DNA from: Octopus sinensis
Taxonomy: Eukaryota
Reading direction: 5' to 3'
Length of the DNA stretch: 64,000 nucleotides
NCBI RefSeq assembly: GCF_006345805.1
Contig: NC_043002.1
Coordinates: 72,912,001-72,976,000 of the forward strand
This document shows positions 24,963 to 37,194 of the stretch, in pieces. Each line of letters begins with the position of its first letter. Position 1 is the first letter of the stretch. Under the pieces are notes generated by a model. The model saw only the letters and a program-made list of their open reading frames with translations, had not been told where the DNA came from and searched no databases. The position numbers and the translations under genes were made by a program.

Positions 24963-25513
24963 TAGATGGAGAAGAAAAATAAGGGAGAAGATTGAATGAG
25001 AAAAAATGGTTGGTGGATTGTATGTGTTTATGCCTTTTGATGTTGCATGCTAACTGTGAACTGTCATATGAGTGTTATCTTCTGTGAAAACATGTCTAGC
25101 CATTGTGCTGTTTGTGTTTGAGAGGCTAGGTAATAATATAGCCTTATGAGAAAATAAGTGGGGATTGGTCATAGGAAGGGCATCCAGCTGTAGAAAATCT
25201 GTCTCTGCGAATTTTGTGTGACCCATCCAATCATGGAAAAGTGTACACTAGAATGATAGTGACACTGATATTGCTGTGATCTTATTCAATCTGCAGTTTA
25301 AACAAGATTTCTTAATGAGAAAAGCATTTAGGAAACAAAGTTCAGAATAATTAGTATTGGAGCTAATAGACATTACTATTACAAACAGTGTAGACATATA
25401 TGAGGGATAGAAATATATCCTGGACTGATGTAGCTGTTTATTTCTGAATAGTTCTGGTAACAATGCATTCTACCTAATCCCATATCTGTTCAAATATTCT
25501 ACTTGTTTTTTGC

Positions 25514-26066
25514 TAACCCTTTTGATACTAACCTGCCTGAAACTGCCCTTATTCCTGTGTTACAGATTCTGTCTTAAAGTGATGTAAATTAAAAACCTTC
25601 CATTGAAATTTCATGTAAATCATGTTTTAAACATCAGCTTAATAATGACAAAATTATTATACTGTGAAGGTGCATAGCTCAGTGGTTAGAGCGTTGAGCT
25701 TACGATCATGAGGTTGTGAGCTCGAATCCTGGACTGGGCTGGGTGTTGTGTTCTTGAGCAACACACTTTATTTCATGTTGCTCTAGTTCACTCAGCTGTA
25801 GAAATGAGTTGTGACGTCACAGGTGCCAAGGTGTATCGGTCTTTGCCTTTCCCTTGGATAACACAGGTGGCGTGGAGAGGTATGCATGGGCGACTGCTGG
25901 TCTTCCATAAACAACCTTGCCTGGACTTGTGCCTAGGAGGGTAACTTTCTAGGTGCAATCCCATGGTCTGTGTCATGACCGAAGGGGGTCTCAGATATTT
26001 TACTAAATTCCTCATTATTTTCAAAAATCTGTGCATGTCGAGAGGAATAAGGTAGTGAAAGGGTTA
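25514..26066. mobile_element. TTAA MITE interrupted by an OR-type SINE (25663-25992, +, head B with tail d)
   Basis: taacccttttgatac...gtagtgaaagggttaa; SINE A/B boxes tagctcagtggtt / gctcgaatcc. Confidence 0.7.
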
Positions 26067-26529
26067 AAGAAAAAAGCTAGATGCAGCCTCTCGTGCTTTC
26101 TCTACAATGTGCTTCTAAAAACAAGCACTCACATCATTGAAGTCTCAAAAGCTATGAAATAAGGCATATTTAATTCAAAGCAATGAAAATAAAGAAGCAT
26201 TATATTGATAGAATAATCTGAATGGTAACAGGTTAAATGTAAGAGACTGTTGAATTGGTGCTTAAAAATAATGGGTAACAAGATATGTTTTTGCTACATT
26301 TGGTTAAATTCAATACCTAGAAATTCTTAATTACAAATACTAATTGAAATGGATCAGGCTGGTGCATTGAACTGATGAGATGTTTGCAATAGCTTTTGAA
26401 TGGCTCACTTTAAGCAAGGTCAATGTTACTCAGATAAACTTCTTTTTGCTGACTCAATACATAACATTGGTATATATGAAAGGCATGCGAAAGAGGAAGT
26501 TTCTCAAGATCTGTGAACTGCTATGCTAT

Positions 26530-26681
26530 GGGTGTATTTGCTTCCTAACCACATGGTATCAGATTCAGTCTCATTGCATGGCACCCTGAGCAAGTGCCTC
26601 CTACTATAGCCTCAGGCCAACCAAAGCCTTGCGAGTGTGTATTTGGTGGATGGAAACTGAAAGAAGCTTGTCATATGTGTA

Positions 26682-26737
<56 letters not shown>

Positions 26738-27170
26738 TATACATACACACACACACATACACACACACACATATATATCACAGGAGTGGCTATACAGTGG
26801 TAAGTAGCTTGCTTACCAACCACATGGTTCTGGGTTCAATCCCTCTGCATGGCACCTTGGGCAAGTCTCTTCTACTATAATAGCCTCAGGCCGACCAAAG
26901 GCTTATGAGTGCATTTGGTAGATGGAAACTGAAAGAAGCTTGTCGTATATATAGATGTATATGCTTGTGTGTCTGTGTTTGACCCCCCCCCCCCCCAGCA
27001 TCACTTGACAACCAATGCTGGTGTGTTTACATCCCCGTAACTTAGCAGTTCAGCAAAAGAGACCAGTAGAATAAGTACTAGGCTTACAAAGAATAAGTCC
27101 TGGGGTTGATTTGCTCGACTAAAGGTGGTGCTCCAGCATGGCCACAGTCAAATGGCTGAAATAAAAGAAT
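26530..27170 (+). mobile_element. Two tandem CORE-like microsatellite SINEs
   Basis: Head repeated at about 26530 and 26782. Confidence 0.75.
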
Positions 27171-28027
27171 ATATATATGTGTGTGTGTGTCTCTTTATCA
27201 TTGTGTCTATTCGTGCCACCACCACCACTTGGCAGCTAGTGTTGGTTTGTTTACATCCCCATAACTTAGTGGTTCAGAAAAAGATGCCAATAAAAAAAGG
27301 TATTGGGCTTCAAAAAAAAAAAAAAATAATAAAAAGTACAGGGTTGACTTATTTGACTAAAACCCTTCAAGGTGGTGTTACAGCATGGCCACAGTTCAAT
27401 AACAGAAACAAATAAAAGATGACAGGTATTTTTAATTCTGTATTCCTTCCCTGCAGAAATCTTTGTCTTGCTGCTTTGGGATTTCTGTCCATCTCCATTA
27501 AACAAAAAACTCTCTATATATCAAAATAGCATTTTTTTTTTTACAAAAATTTGTTTACTTACAGAAATAGTTTAAAGTAAAAGTTCCAGACATGTCAAAC
27601 TATATTAGAGAAGATGACAGAGGCAGACATAATCTGTAGGTTGTGGAATATTTAGTCAAAGGATAGGCTTAAGTCTGGCAAGTTATTAAGCTTTAAAAAA
27701 TATAAATTAGGGTTAATCTTTTTTGTGTATGACCAGTTCATGAGTCATGTGTTTCTATCTGTTCCGGATAGTAGTAGTAGTAGTAGTAGTAACAGTAGTA
27801 GTTGTTTCATCCTCCCTTATTGGAGTGGTGTTTGCTCATAATAAGATTTGAGCTCAGCATTGCAATAGTTACACTGAAAGCTAGTGACACTCCAATCCCG
27901 TGACACTGCTAACCAGAGACACTGCATACCACTGACACTGCATGCTGGTGGCACTGCAAGTCAGAGACATTGCAAGCCAAGCTGGTGACACTGTAAGAAA
28001 GTGTCACAGCAAGCTGGTGATGTAAAT

Positions 28028-28199
28028 AGGCGCAGGAGTGGCTGTGTGGTAAGTAGCTTGCTTACCAACCACATGGTTCCGGGTTCAGTCCCACTGTGTG
28101 GCATCTTGGGCAAGTGTCTTCTACTATAGCCTCGGGCCGACCAAAGCCTTGTGAGTGGATTTGGTAGACGGAAACTGAAAGAAGCCAGTTGTATATATG

Positions 28200-28231
<32 letters not shown>

Positions 28232-28451
28232 CGTGTATGTTTGTGTATCTGTGTTTGTCCCCCTAGCATTGCTTGACAACCGATGCTGGTGTGTTTATGT
28301 TCCCGTCACCTAGCGGTTCAGCAAAAGAGACCGATAGAATAAGTACTGGGCTTACAAAGAATAAGTCCTGGGGTTGAGTTGCTCGACTAAAAGGCGGTGC
28401 TCCAGCATGGCCGCAGTCAACTGACTGAAACAAGTAAAAGATTAAAAGAGT
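28028..28451 (+). mobile_element. Full-length CORE-like microsatellite SINE
   Basis: aggcgcaggagtggctgtgtggtaag...gggttcagtccc...aagtaaaagattaaaagagt. Confidence 0.9.
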
Positions 28452-29099
28452 AATTAGATAATTGTGCCGGCGTTGCTCGGGTTTGTAAGGGAAATAACTA
28501 TATAAGCATTTTTAGAGAGTTATAGCCAAAAAATAGCAAAAAATGCATTAAAAATGGAAAAAATATGATGGTAAATTTTTTTTTAAATCGTTGACTCATC
28601 GTAGACATTTTTAGAGAGTTACTTCCCTTATATAATAGCGAAAAAATGCATTAAAATGGAAAAAAAACGATGGTAAATTTCTTTTTAAATCGTAGACTCA
28701 TGTAGACGCTTTCTTAGCCATTTCTGTTTTGGTGTCTTCAAGCCATGAAGTCGTTGTTCTAAAAGAACACTGGTCTCCTTGACAACGCATTACGACGTTG
28801 ATTTCCTTACACTCCCTTCCCCACAGGTGCAGGTGTGAGCGTGGACGCCAACTCCGCCGCCATCGACACACGAAAAATTATGCATTAAAATGGAATAAAA
28901 AATGATGTTAAATTATTTTTAAAATCGTAGACTCATCGCAGACGCGCGCTAATATTCAGACGGGCTCGATATGAATCACGACTTTTAGCTACCCGAATTT
29001 GGTTAAACTGTACCGCAAAATGTGGGAGTAGTTAGGAATCTAAATCGAAGGGGACAGACACTCACACAACTACAGTTTTATATATATAGATATACATAG

Positions 29100-29460
29100 C
29101 GCAGTAGTGGTGAGATATGACAGCAAAGAAAAGCATACATTCACTCTCTGCATGCAATTAGACTCGGAAAGTTCGTGAGGAACCCATTGACCCAATTTGC
29201 TGACTTTTCCGATAGCACACAGGTGTCAATGAATGGTTGAATGACCAAATCCAAGCTTCTCTGCTAGTTCCTCAACAGTTACGATGATATTTTGTTCCAC
29301 CAGGGTTTTCAGGATGTCCTTGTCAAGTTCTACAGATCTTTCAGGATGAGGCTCGTCTTCTAGGCTGTAGTTTATGGCTCGGGATTTCTGGAACCACCAT
29401 TGACACTGCCTTACGCTTATTGTCCAATCCCCATATACTGCATTAATATTTCTTGTACTT
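29100..29460 (-). pseudogene. Deleted copy of the captured mariner fragment
   Basis: STRNINAVYG...LGFGHSTIH, nearly identical to 33168-33400. Confidence 0.85.
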
Positions 29461-29698
29461 TGCACACATTTATATTCTGTTATTCTTTTATATGTTTCAG
29501 CCTTGAGGTTGTGGCCATGCTGGATCATGTGTGTGTGTGTGTGTGTGTGTGTCTATCTGTCTGTCTGTCTGTATGTATATATGTATATGTATGTGTGTGA
29601 ACAATAATATTTTCAACAGATGTGTTGCAAATGTATCTGATTGTTCTCAAGCTTCAATACTGTGTGTGTGTGTATGTATGTGTGTGTATGTATGTATG

Positions 29699-29729
<31 letters not shown>

Positions 29730-30777
29730 GTGTGTGTATGTATGTGTGTGTATGTGTGTGTGTATGTATGTATGTATGTATGTATGTATGTATGTATGTA
29801 TGAGTGTATGTTTACTTTATTACTAATTACTCTCTTCCAAGAACATTTTCACTCACTCTTAGCTCTTAACTTCCCATACATTTTACTCATGTATCTATCA
29901 GCGTCATAGACAGAATACTTTCACTTTAGTCTTCCTCAAATCACTCTGTCGCTATTTACTTTCATTTTATTCGTTGCCCACTGTGTGTGTGCGTTTGCGT
30001 GTGGTGTAAACCAGACTAAGAAAAGCATTTGACACACACACCAGAATGTGAGTTTTCTGTAAATTTTGCTTAATTGGAGTTTAAATTTTAAAAACTGGAC
30101 CTGGCATGACGCGATGCATTGTACTCTAAAAAATGGTAGGTAAATTGTAATTGAAGAAATCCTATATTGTAGATTTGTATAACTCCCAAAGGGAGGCAGA
30201 TAAAATCTGCCTTTTATAATAAGAGACTAGCAGTATCGCCCGGCGTTGCTCGGGTTTGTAAGGGAAATAATTATATAAGCATTTTTAGAGATGTAAAGTA
30301 TAATAGCCATCTCAATATGGCTAACCACAAAGGGGGAGGGGTGTTACTGTAGCTTTTTACGTTCTGAGATTTAATAATAAATTTTAGAGAGTTACTTCCC
30401 TTATATATGTCAAAAATGGATTAAAAATGGGAAAAATTGATGGTAAATTTTTTTAAAAATCGTAGACTCATCGTAGACGCGCGCTAATACCCAGACGGTC
30501 TCGATATGAATCACGACTATAAGATACCCGGTTTTGGTAAAACTGCACCGCAAAATGTGGGAGTAGTTAGGAATCTAAATCGTAGGAGACAGACACACAA
30601 CCTCACTTTTATATAAAGATTTCCTCTATTTACATAATATTGAGGTCTCTTTCTTTCTTTTGTTATCTTACTGTTTTTACCAATATACATATATATATAT
30701 AAATATATATATAGTTACAGAGATGTACTTGCATAGCAAGTGACTTGATCTGAGATCGTGTGCTGGAACGAAAACAG

Positions 30778-31036
30778 TTGCAGCGTTGAAGGTGTTTATA
30801 AGCCATTTAAGAAACACACAAAAACCGTTAGATTCACTTCAACATTTAAATTTAATTTGTCGAAATATTTTCGTCGCTTTGAGACCGCGACCTGTTAGCA
30901 CGATATTTTTGTCAGTGAACAGGTCGCGGTCTGAAAGCGACGAAAATATTTTGGCAAATTAAATTTAAATGTTGAAGTGAATGTAACGGTTTTTGTGTGT
31001 TTCTTAAATGGCTTACAAACACCTTCCACGCTGCAA
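30778..31036. repeat. Second copy of the 119-bp-arm palindrome
   Basis: Matches 11946-12204 (offset 18832). Confidence 0.9.
30908..30958 (+). ncRNA. Type I hammerhead motif, G3-C8 variant (copy 2)
   Basis: Identical to 12076-12126. Confidence 0.7.
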
Positions 31037-31391
31037 TATATATATACACACATATATATATATGTATGTATGTATGTGTGTATATGTGTATGCATGTATG
31101 TGTGTGTGTGTGTGTCTGTGCTTGTGATTGTCCTCCACCACTGCTTGACAACGAATGTTGGTTTGTTTACATCCCTGTCACCTAGTGGTTTGACAAAGGA
31201 AACAGATAGAATAAGTACAATGCTTATAAAAATAAAACTGGAGTTGATTCATTAAACTACAATTCTTCAAGGCATTGCCCCAGCATGGCCACAGACCAAT
31301 GGCTGGAAAAAGCAGAAGAATAAAAGAATACATTCTCTGCTTTGGTCATATGTTGAAGGCATGAGAAAGCTTGAGTTTACATGAGAAGGCC

Positions 31392-31880
31392 TAACAGACA
31401 TGGTAGAAACAGCAGCCAAATCTCCCTCAAATCACACCTTACTGTCTTATGTATGTATATATGTATGTATGAGCCAATGAGGGGGACCTCTACATGGTAG
31501 CTAGACCTGGTAGAAATAGCAGCCAAATTTCCCCCAAATCACACCTTACTGTCTTATCTATGTATATATGTATGTATGAGCCTATGAGGGAGACCCCTAC
31601 ATGGCAGCTAGACCTGGTAGAAATAGCAGCCAAATTTCCCCCAAATCACACCTTACTGTCTTATCTATGTATATATGTATGTATGAGCCTATGAGGGAGA
31701 CCCCTACATGGCAGCTAGACCTGGTAGAAATAGCAGCCAAATTTCCCCCAAATCACACCTTACTGTCTTATCTATGTATATATGTATGTATGAGCCTATG
31801 AGGGAGACCCCTACATGGCAGCTAGACATGGTAGAAATAGCAGCCAAATCTCCCTCAAATCACACCTTACTGTCTTATCT
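31392..31880. repeat. 107-bp minisatellite (copy 2)
   Basis: The period shows in ORF starts 31494, 31601, 31708, 31815. Confidence 0.95.
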
Positions 31881-33039
31881 TTCTGCTACTTGGATATAGG
31901 TGTTATATTCGTTGTAAAAAAACTTTCCTGTCACACACTCACGCACACGCACACACACACACACACACACACGCACCCTCACACACACACACATGCGCAC
32001 ACCCACACACACCCACTCACACACACGCACGTTAGCTTACAATTTTATTTATATATTTGCGTGTCTGTGTGGAAAGAAGAAGTGGGAGGCAGAGTGAAAG
32101 AATCACTCACTACAGTATGTGAATTAGTTTCATTTTATTCGTTGCCCACTGTGTGTGTGCGTTTGCGTGTGGTGTAAACCAGACTAATAAAAGCATTTGA
32201 CACACACACCAGAATGTGAGTTTTCTGTAAATTTTGCTTAACTGGAGTTTAAATTTTTAAAACTGGAGCTGGCATGACGCGATGCATTGTACTCTTAAAA
32301 ATGCAAGGTAAATTGTAATTGAAGAAATCCTATATTGTAGATTTGTATAACTCCCAAAGGGAGGCAGATAAAATCTGCCTTTTATAATAAGACTAGCAGT
32401 ATCGCCCGGCGTTGCTCGGGTTTGTAAGGGAAATAACTATATAAGCATTTTTAGAGAGTTATAGCCAAAAAATAGCAAAAAATGCATTAAAAATGGAAAA
32501 AATATGATGGTAAATTTTTTTTTAAATCGTTGACTCATCGTAGACATTTTTAGAGAGTTACTTCCCTTATATAATAGCGAAAAAATGCATTAAAATGGAA
32601 AAAAAAAACGATGGTAAATTTTTTTTTAAATCGTAGACTCATGTAGACGCTTTCTTAGCCATTTCTGTTTTGGTGTCTTCAAGCCATGAAGTCGTTGTTC
32701 TAAAAGAACGCTGGTCTCCTTGACAACGCATTACGACGTTGATTTCCTTACACTCTCTTCCCCACAGGTGCAGGTGTGAGCGTGGACGCCAACTCCGCCG
32801 CCATCGACACACGAAAAATTATGCATTAAAATGGAATAAAAAAATGATGTTAAATTATTTTTAAAATCGTAGACTCATCGTAGACGCGCGCTAATACTCA
32901 GACGGGCTCGATATGAATCACGACTATAAGCTACCCGAATTTGGTTAAACTGCACCGCAAAATGTGGGAGTAGGTAGGAATCTAAATCGAAGGGGACAGA
33001 CACTCACACAACTACAGTTTTATATATATAGATATACAT

Positions 33040-33632
33040 AGCGCAGTAGTGGTGAGATATGACAGCAAAGAAAAGCATACATTCACTCTCTGCATGCAAT
33101 TAGACTCGGAAAGTTCGTGAGGAACCCATTGACCCAATTTGCTGACTTTTCCGATAGCACACAGGTCTCAATGAATGGTTGAATGACCAAATCCAAGCTT
33201 CTCTGCTAGTTCCTCAACAGTTACGATGAGATTTTGTTCCACCAGGGTTTTCAGGATGTCCTTGTCGAGTTCTACAGATCTTTCAGGATGAGGCTCGTCT
33301 TCTAGGCTGTAGTTTATGGCTCGGAATTTCTGGAACCACCATTGACACTGCCTTACGCTTATTGTCCAATCCCCATATACTGCATTAATATTTCTTGTAC
33401 TTTCCGTTGCGTTGTTGTCTTTATTGAACTCATAAAGCAAAATATGCTCCTTTGTTACTTCCGACATAGCTTTGAAAAAAATAGCTGTTAAAATCGAAAT
33501 GCACTCTTCAAAACTTGCACTATGAATAAGGACAAGATAAAATTACTACCTGCTTTTATAGCAAGTTAATATAAGTAGTTTATCCCATTCCCCTCTGACT
33601 TTTAGTTCAAGCTGTTGAAAAAACCGCATTAT
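33040..33632 (-). pseudogene. 5' part of a mariner (Hsmar1/SETMAR-like) transposase with TIR remnant
   Basis: MSEVTKEHILLYEF...NINAVYG..TISVRQCQWWFQKFR...SLEDEP..ERSVELD...VEELAEKLGFGHSTIH; taatgcggtttttt upstream. Confidence 0.9.
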
Positions 33633-33642
33633 TATATATATA

Positions 33643-33674
<32 letters not shown>

Positions 33675-33765
33675 CACACACACTCTCTCTCACACACACA
33701 TGCACACATTTATATTCTGTTATTCTTTTATATGTTTCAGTCTTGAGGTTGTGGCCATGCTGGAT

Positions 33766-33801
<36 letters not shown>

Positions 33802-33970
33802 TATCTGTCTGTCTGTCTGTATGTATATATGTATATGTATGTGTGTGAACAATAATATTTTCAACAGATGTGTTGCAAATGTATCTGATTGTTCTCAAGC
33901 TTCAATACTGTGTGTGTGTGTATGTGTGTGTGTGTATGTATGTATGTATATGTATGTATATGTATGTATG

Positions 33971-34001
<31 letters not shown>

Positions 34002-34557
34002 GTGTGTGTGTATGTATGTATGTGTGTGTGTATGTGTGTGTATGTATGTATGTATGTATGTATGTATGTATGTATGTATGTATGTATGTATGTATGTATG
34101 AGTGTATGTTTACTTTATTACTAACACAAGCCACTACGGTTATTTAATGTAAAGTCTTCCTCAAATCACTCTGTCGCTAATTTACTCTCTTCCAAGAACA
34201 TTTTCACTCACACTTATGTCTTAGCTTCCCATACATTTTACTCATTTTACTCAGCGTGATAGACAGAAACAAATATTACATCTAGTTTCACTTTATTCGT
34301 TGCCCACTGTGTGTGCGTTTGCGTGTGGTGTAAACCAGACTGAGAAAAGCATTTGACACACACACCAGAATGTGAGTTTTCTGTAAATTTTGCTTAATTG
34401 GAGTTTAAATTTAAAAAACTGGACCTGGCATGACGCGATGCATTGTACTCTTAAAAATGCTAGGTAAATTGTAATTGAAGAAATCCTATATTGTAGATTT
34501 GTATAACTCCCAAAGGGAGGCAGATAAAATCTGCCTTTTATAATAAGATATATATAT

Positions 34558-34611
<54 letters not shown>

Positions 34612-35856
34612 CGTGTATGTTTGTGTATCTGTGTTTGTCCCCCTAGCATTGCTTGACAACCGATGCTGGTGTGTTATGTTCCCGTCACCTAGCGGTTCAG
34701 CAAAAGAGACCGATACAATAAGTACTGGGCTTACAAAGAATAAGTCCTGGGGTTGAGTTCCTCGACTAAAAGGCGGTGCTCCAGCATGGCCGCAGTCAAC
34801 TGACTGAAACAAGTAAAAGATTAAAAGAGTAATTAGATAATTGTGGCACCTTGTTTGGTGACTCCTTGATGAGGCAACTTCTATGTAGTCACTCATCTTT
34901 CTAGAAAGTGCAGCTAAATCTTCCTCAGCTCCCATTCTACAGTATCTTTTGAAAAAGATGAAGGGTTACTTTGATACTCTAATGGCAGATATAATACATT
35001 GTTTTTCATGTTTCCTGGAGTTAGATGTCCCATTGTGGGTTGACATGCTGGATACTGAGGGGTTGGTAAGGAGTGGTCAGATGTGTTGAAATATCGGCCC
35101 ATGCATAGGAAAATACTGTGAAGGTTCTTGTGAAAGCAATTACCCATCTAATGATGGCCTGTATCACCAATGTAGCAGGTATTGCACAGTGTACATGTGA
35201 TGCAATATATGTTGTTGGCTGACTCAACCAAAAAAGAATCCCTCTTTTCTTTAGAACTGACCATGCCTTCCATTATTGTTTTTATTCTCTCTTCTCACCA
35301 TATATATATATATCATCATCATCATCATCATCGTTTAACGTCCGTTTTCCATGCTAGCATGGGTTGGACGGAAAAGAGCGCATGAGACAGCGCCAGTGGT
35401 TTCAAGGTAGGAAGAATTCAAGTAGAGTTCAGATTAACGAAGTAACCACACGGCTAATATGTATATATAAATTAATAATAAGGAGAACAGAGATTTATAT
35501 GCCGTTTTATTCTGCTGTCAATCACTTCTTTCCATTTCTGCACGTACTTATGTTTCAGCTGCAATTTCATGCACACTGCAAAATTTTGCTTCTTGGTGTG
35601 CATTTTGGTGTTAATTGCTGCTTCTTTAGGGTGCTATTAAGAGCATTTTGGATCCAATTTGAATTCAATACATTTCATACAGGTGGTGTTAGCATTGTAA
35701 AAATAGCCTAAATTCTAACCTTTTCAACCCTGCTGGTCAGAAAAACAGGCGACCAGTAGTCAGCAAGTGCATTTTTTCTTGGAGTGGTGAATGGTCATAT
35801 ATTTAGTATTTAAGGTTTCTTAATGTATGTTTATGTTATTGTTGTTGTTGTTGTCG

Positions 35857-35887
<31 letters not shown>

Positions 35888-35914
35888 CATCAATCATCAT
35901 CATCATCATCATCA

Positions 35915-35950
<36 letters not shown>

Positions 35951-36131
35951 TATTATTATTATTATTCTGCCGTTATGTTCTGAGTTCAAATTCTGCCTAG
36001 GTCAACTTTGCCTTTCATCCTTTCAGGGTTGATTAAATAGGTTCCAGTTAATCACTGGAGTCGATGTAATCAACTTAATCCTCTTGTCTGTCCCCACTAT
36101 GTTTAGCCCCCTGGGGGCAATAAAGAAATAA

Positions 36132-36163
<32 letters not shown>

Positions 36164-36370
36164 CATTATTAAAGTGAGAAGCTGGCAGAATCATTAGCAC
36201 ACTGGACGAAATGCTTAGCGGTATTTCACCTGTTGCTATGCTCTGAGTTCAAATTGCATTACCTTTCATCTTTTTGGGGTCAATAAATTAAGTACCAGTT
36301 GACTACTGGGGTCAATGTAATCAACTATCCCTGCCCCAATTTCAGGCCTTGTCTCTATTATAGTAAGGGT

Positions 36371-36720
36371 TATTATTATTATTATTATTCAGATCACTGC
36401 TTGGAATCGAACTTGGAATCTTGGGGTTAGTAGCCCGCGCTCTTAACCACTATGCCATGAGCATATGGCATAGTGGTTAAGAGCACGGGCTACTAACCCT
36501 AAGATTCTGAGTTCAATTCCAAGCAGTGACCTGAATAATAATAATAATAACAACAACAACAACAACAACATCGAAAAATATCTTAGGAATGAGAACCCAA
36601 GTTCGAAATTCCCCCAAGACACCTGATGAAGGCTGGAGGGTATATCAGCCAAAACATTGTGTTAACAACAAAGAAGATGAGGACAAATATCTGTCAAATG
36701 TAAATAATGTAGATAATGTA
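36371..36720 (+). mobile_element. tRNA-head palindrome plus hammerhead non-autonomous retroelement
   Basis: Inverted arms 36371-36458 / 36465-36551 each carry A box tggcatagtggtt and B box gttc(g/a)attcc; hammerhead at 36618-36663; aatgt(a/g) tail repeats. Confidence 0.7.
36618..36663 (+). ncRNA. Type I hammerhead motif (G12 mutated in this copy)
   Basis: gacac-CTGATGA-a-ggctg gagggtatat cagcc-aAAA-ca-T-T-gtgtt; stems I and II pair fully. Confidence 0.7.
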
Positions 36721-37055
36721 AATTAAGTACCAGTGAAACACTGGGGTTGATGTAATATACTAGTTCCCTCTCCACAAATTTCAGGCCTTGTGCTTTTAGT
36801 AGAAAGGATTATTATTATTATTATTATTATTATTGTTACTCTAAGGTGGCGAGCTGGCAGAATCATTAGTATGCTGGGTGAAATGCTTAGCTGTATTTCA
36901 TCTGCCGCTATGTTCTGAGTTCAGATTCTGCCAAGGTTGACTTAGCCTTTCATCCTTTCAGGGTCGATAAATTAAGTACCACTGAAACACTGGGGTCGAT
37001 GTAATTGACTTATCCCCTTCCACCAAAAATGGCTGCTCTTGTGGCAAAATTTGAA

Positions 37056-37118
37056 ACCACTACTACTACTACTACTACTACTGCTGCTGCCACTACTACT
37101 ACTAGCACTACTACTACC

Positions 37119-37177
<59 letters not shown>

Positions 37178-37194
37178 CACTACTACTACTACTA
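37056..37194. repeat. (CTA/CCA)n trinucleotide microsatellite
   Basis: Seen directly in the sequence. Confidence 0.95.

Larger units (their letters stand above)
28467..34548 (-). mobile_element. Head-to-tail array of three composite non-autonomous Helitrons (28467-30226, 30227-32392, 32393-34548)
   Basis: Both junctions read CTAG|TC on the minus strand (30227/30226 and 32393/32392). Each unit begins with the same ~260-bp 5' segment and ends in a Helitron core; the leftmost unit lacks its CTAG end. Confidence 0.8.
35966..37056 (+). mobile_element. Cluster of Nin-like SINE copies separated by (ATT)n
   Basis: Copies at about 35966-36131, 36172-36372, 36720-36810 and 36844-37056. Confidence 0.75.

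Noticed and set aside
36465-36534. tRNA gene
   Set aside because: A/B boxes and an anticodon-like arm are present but no acceptor stem; it is a retroelement head.
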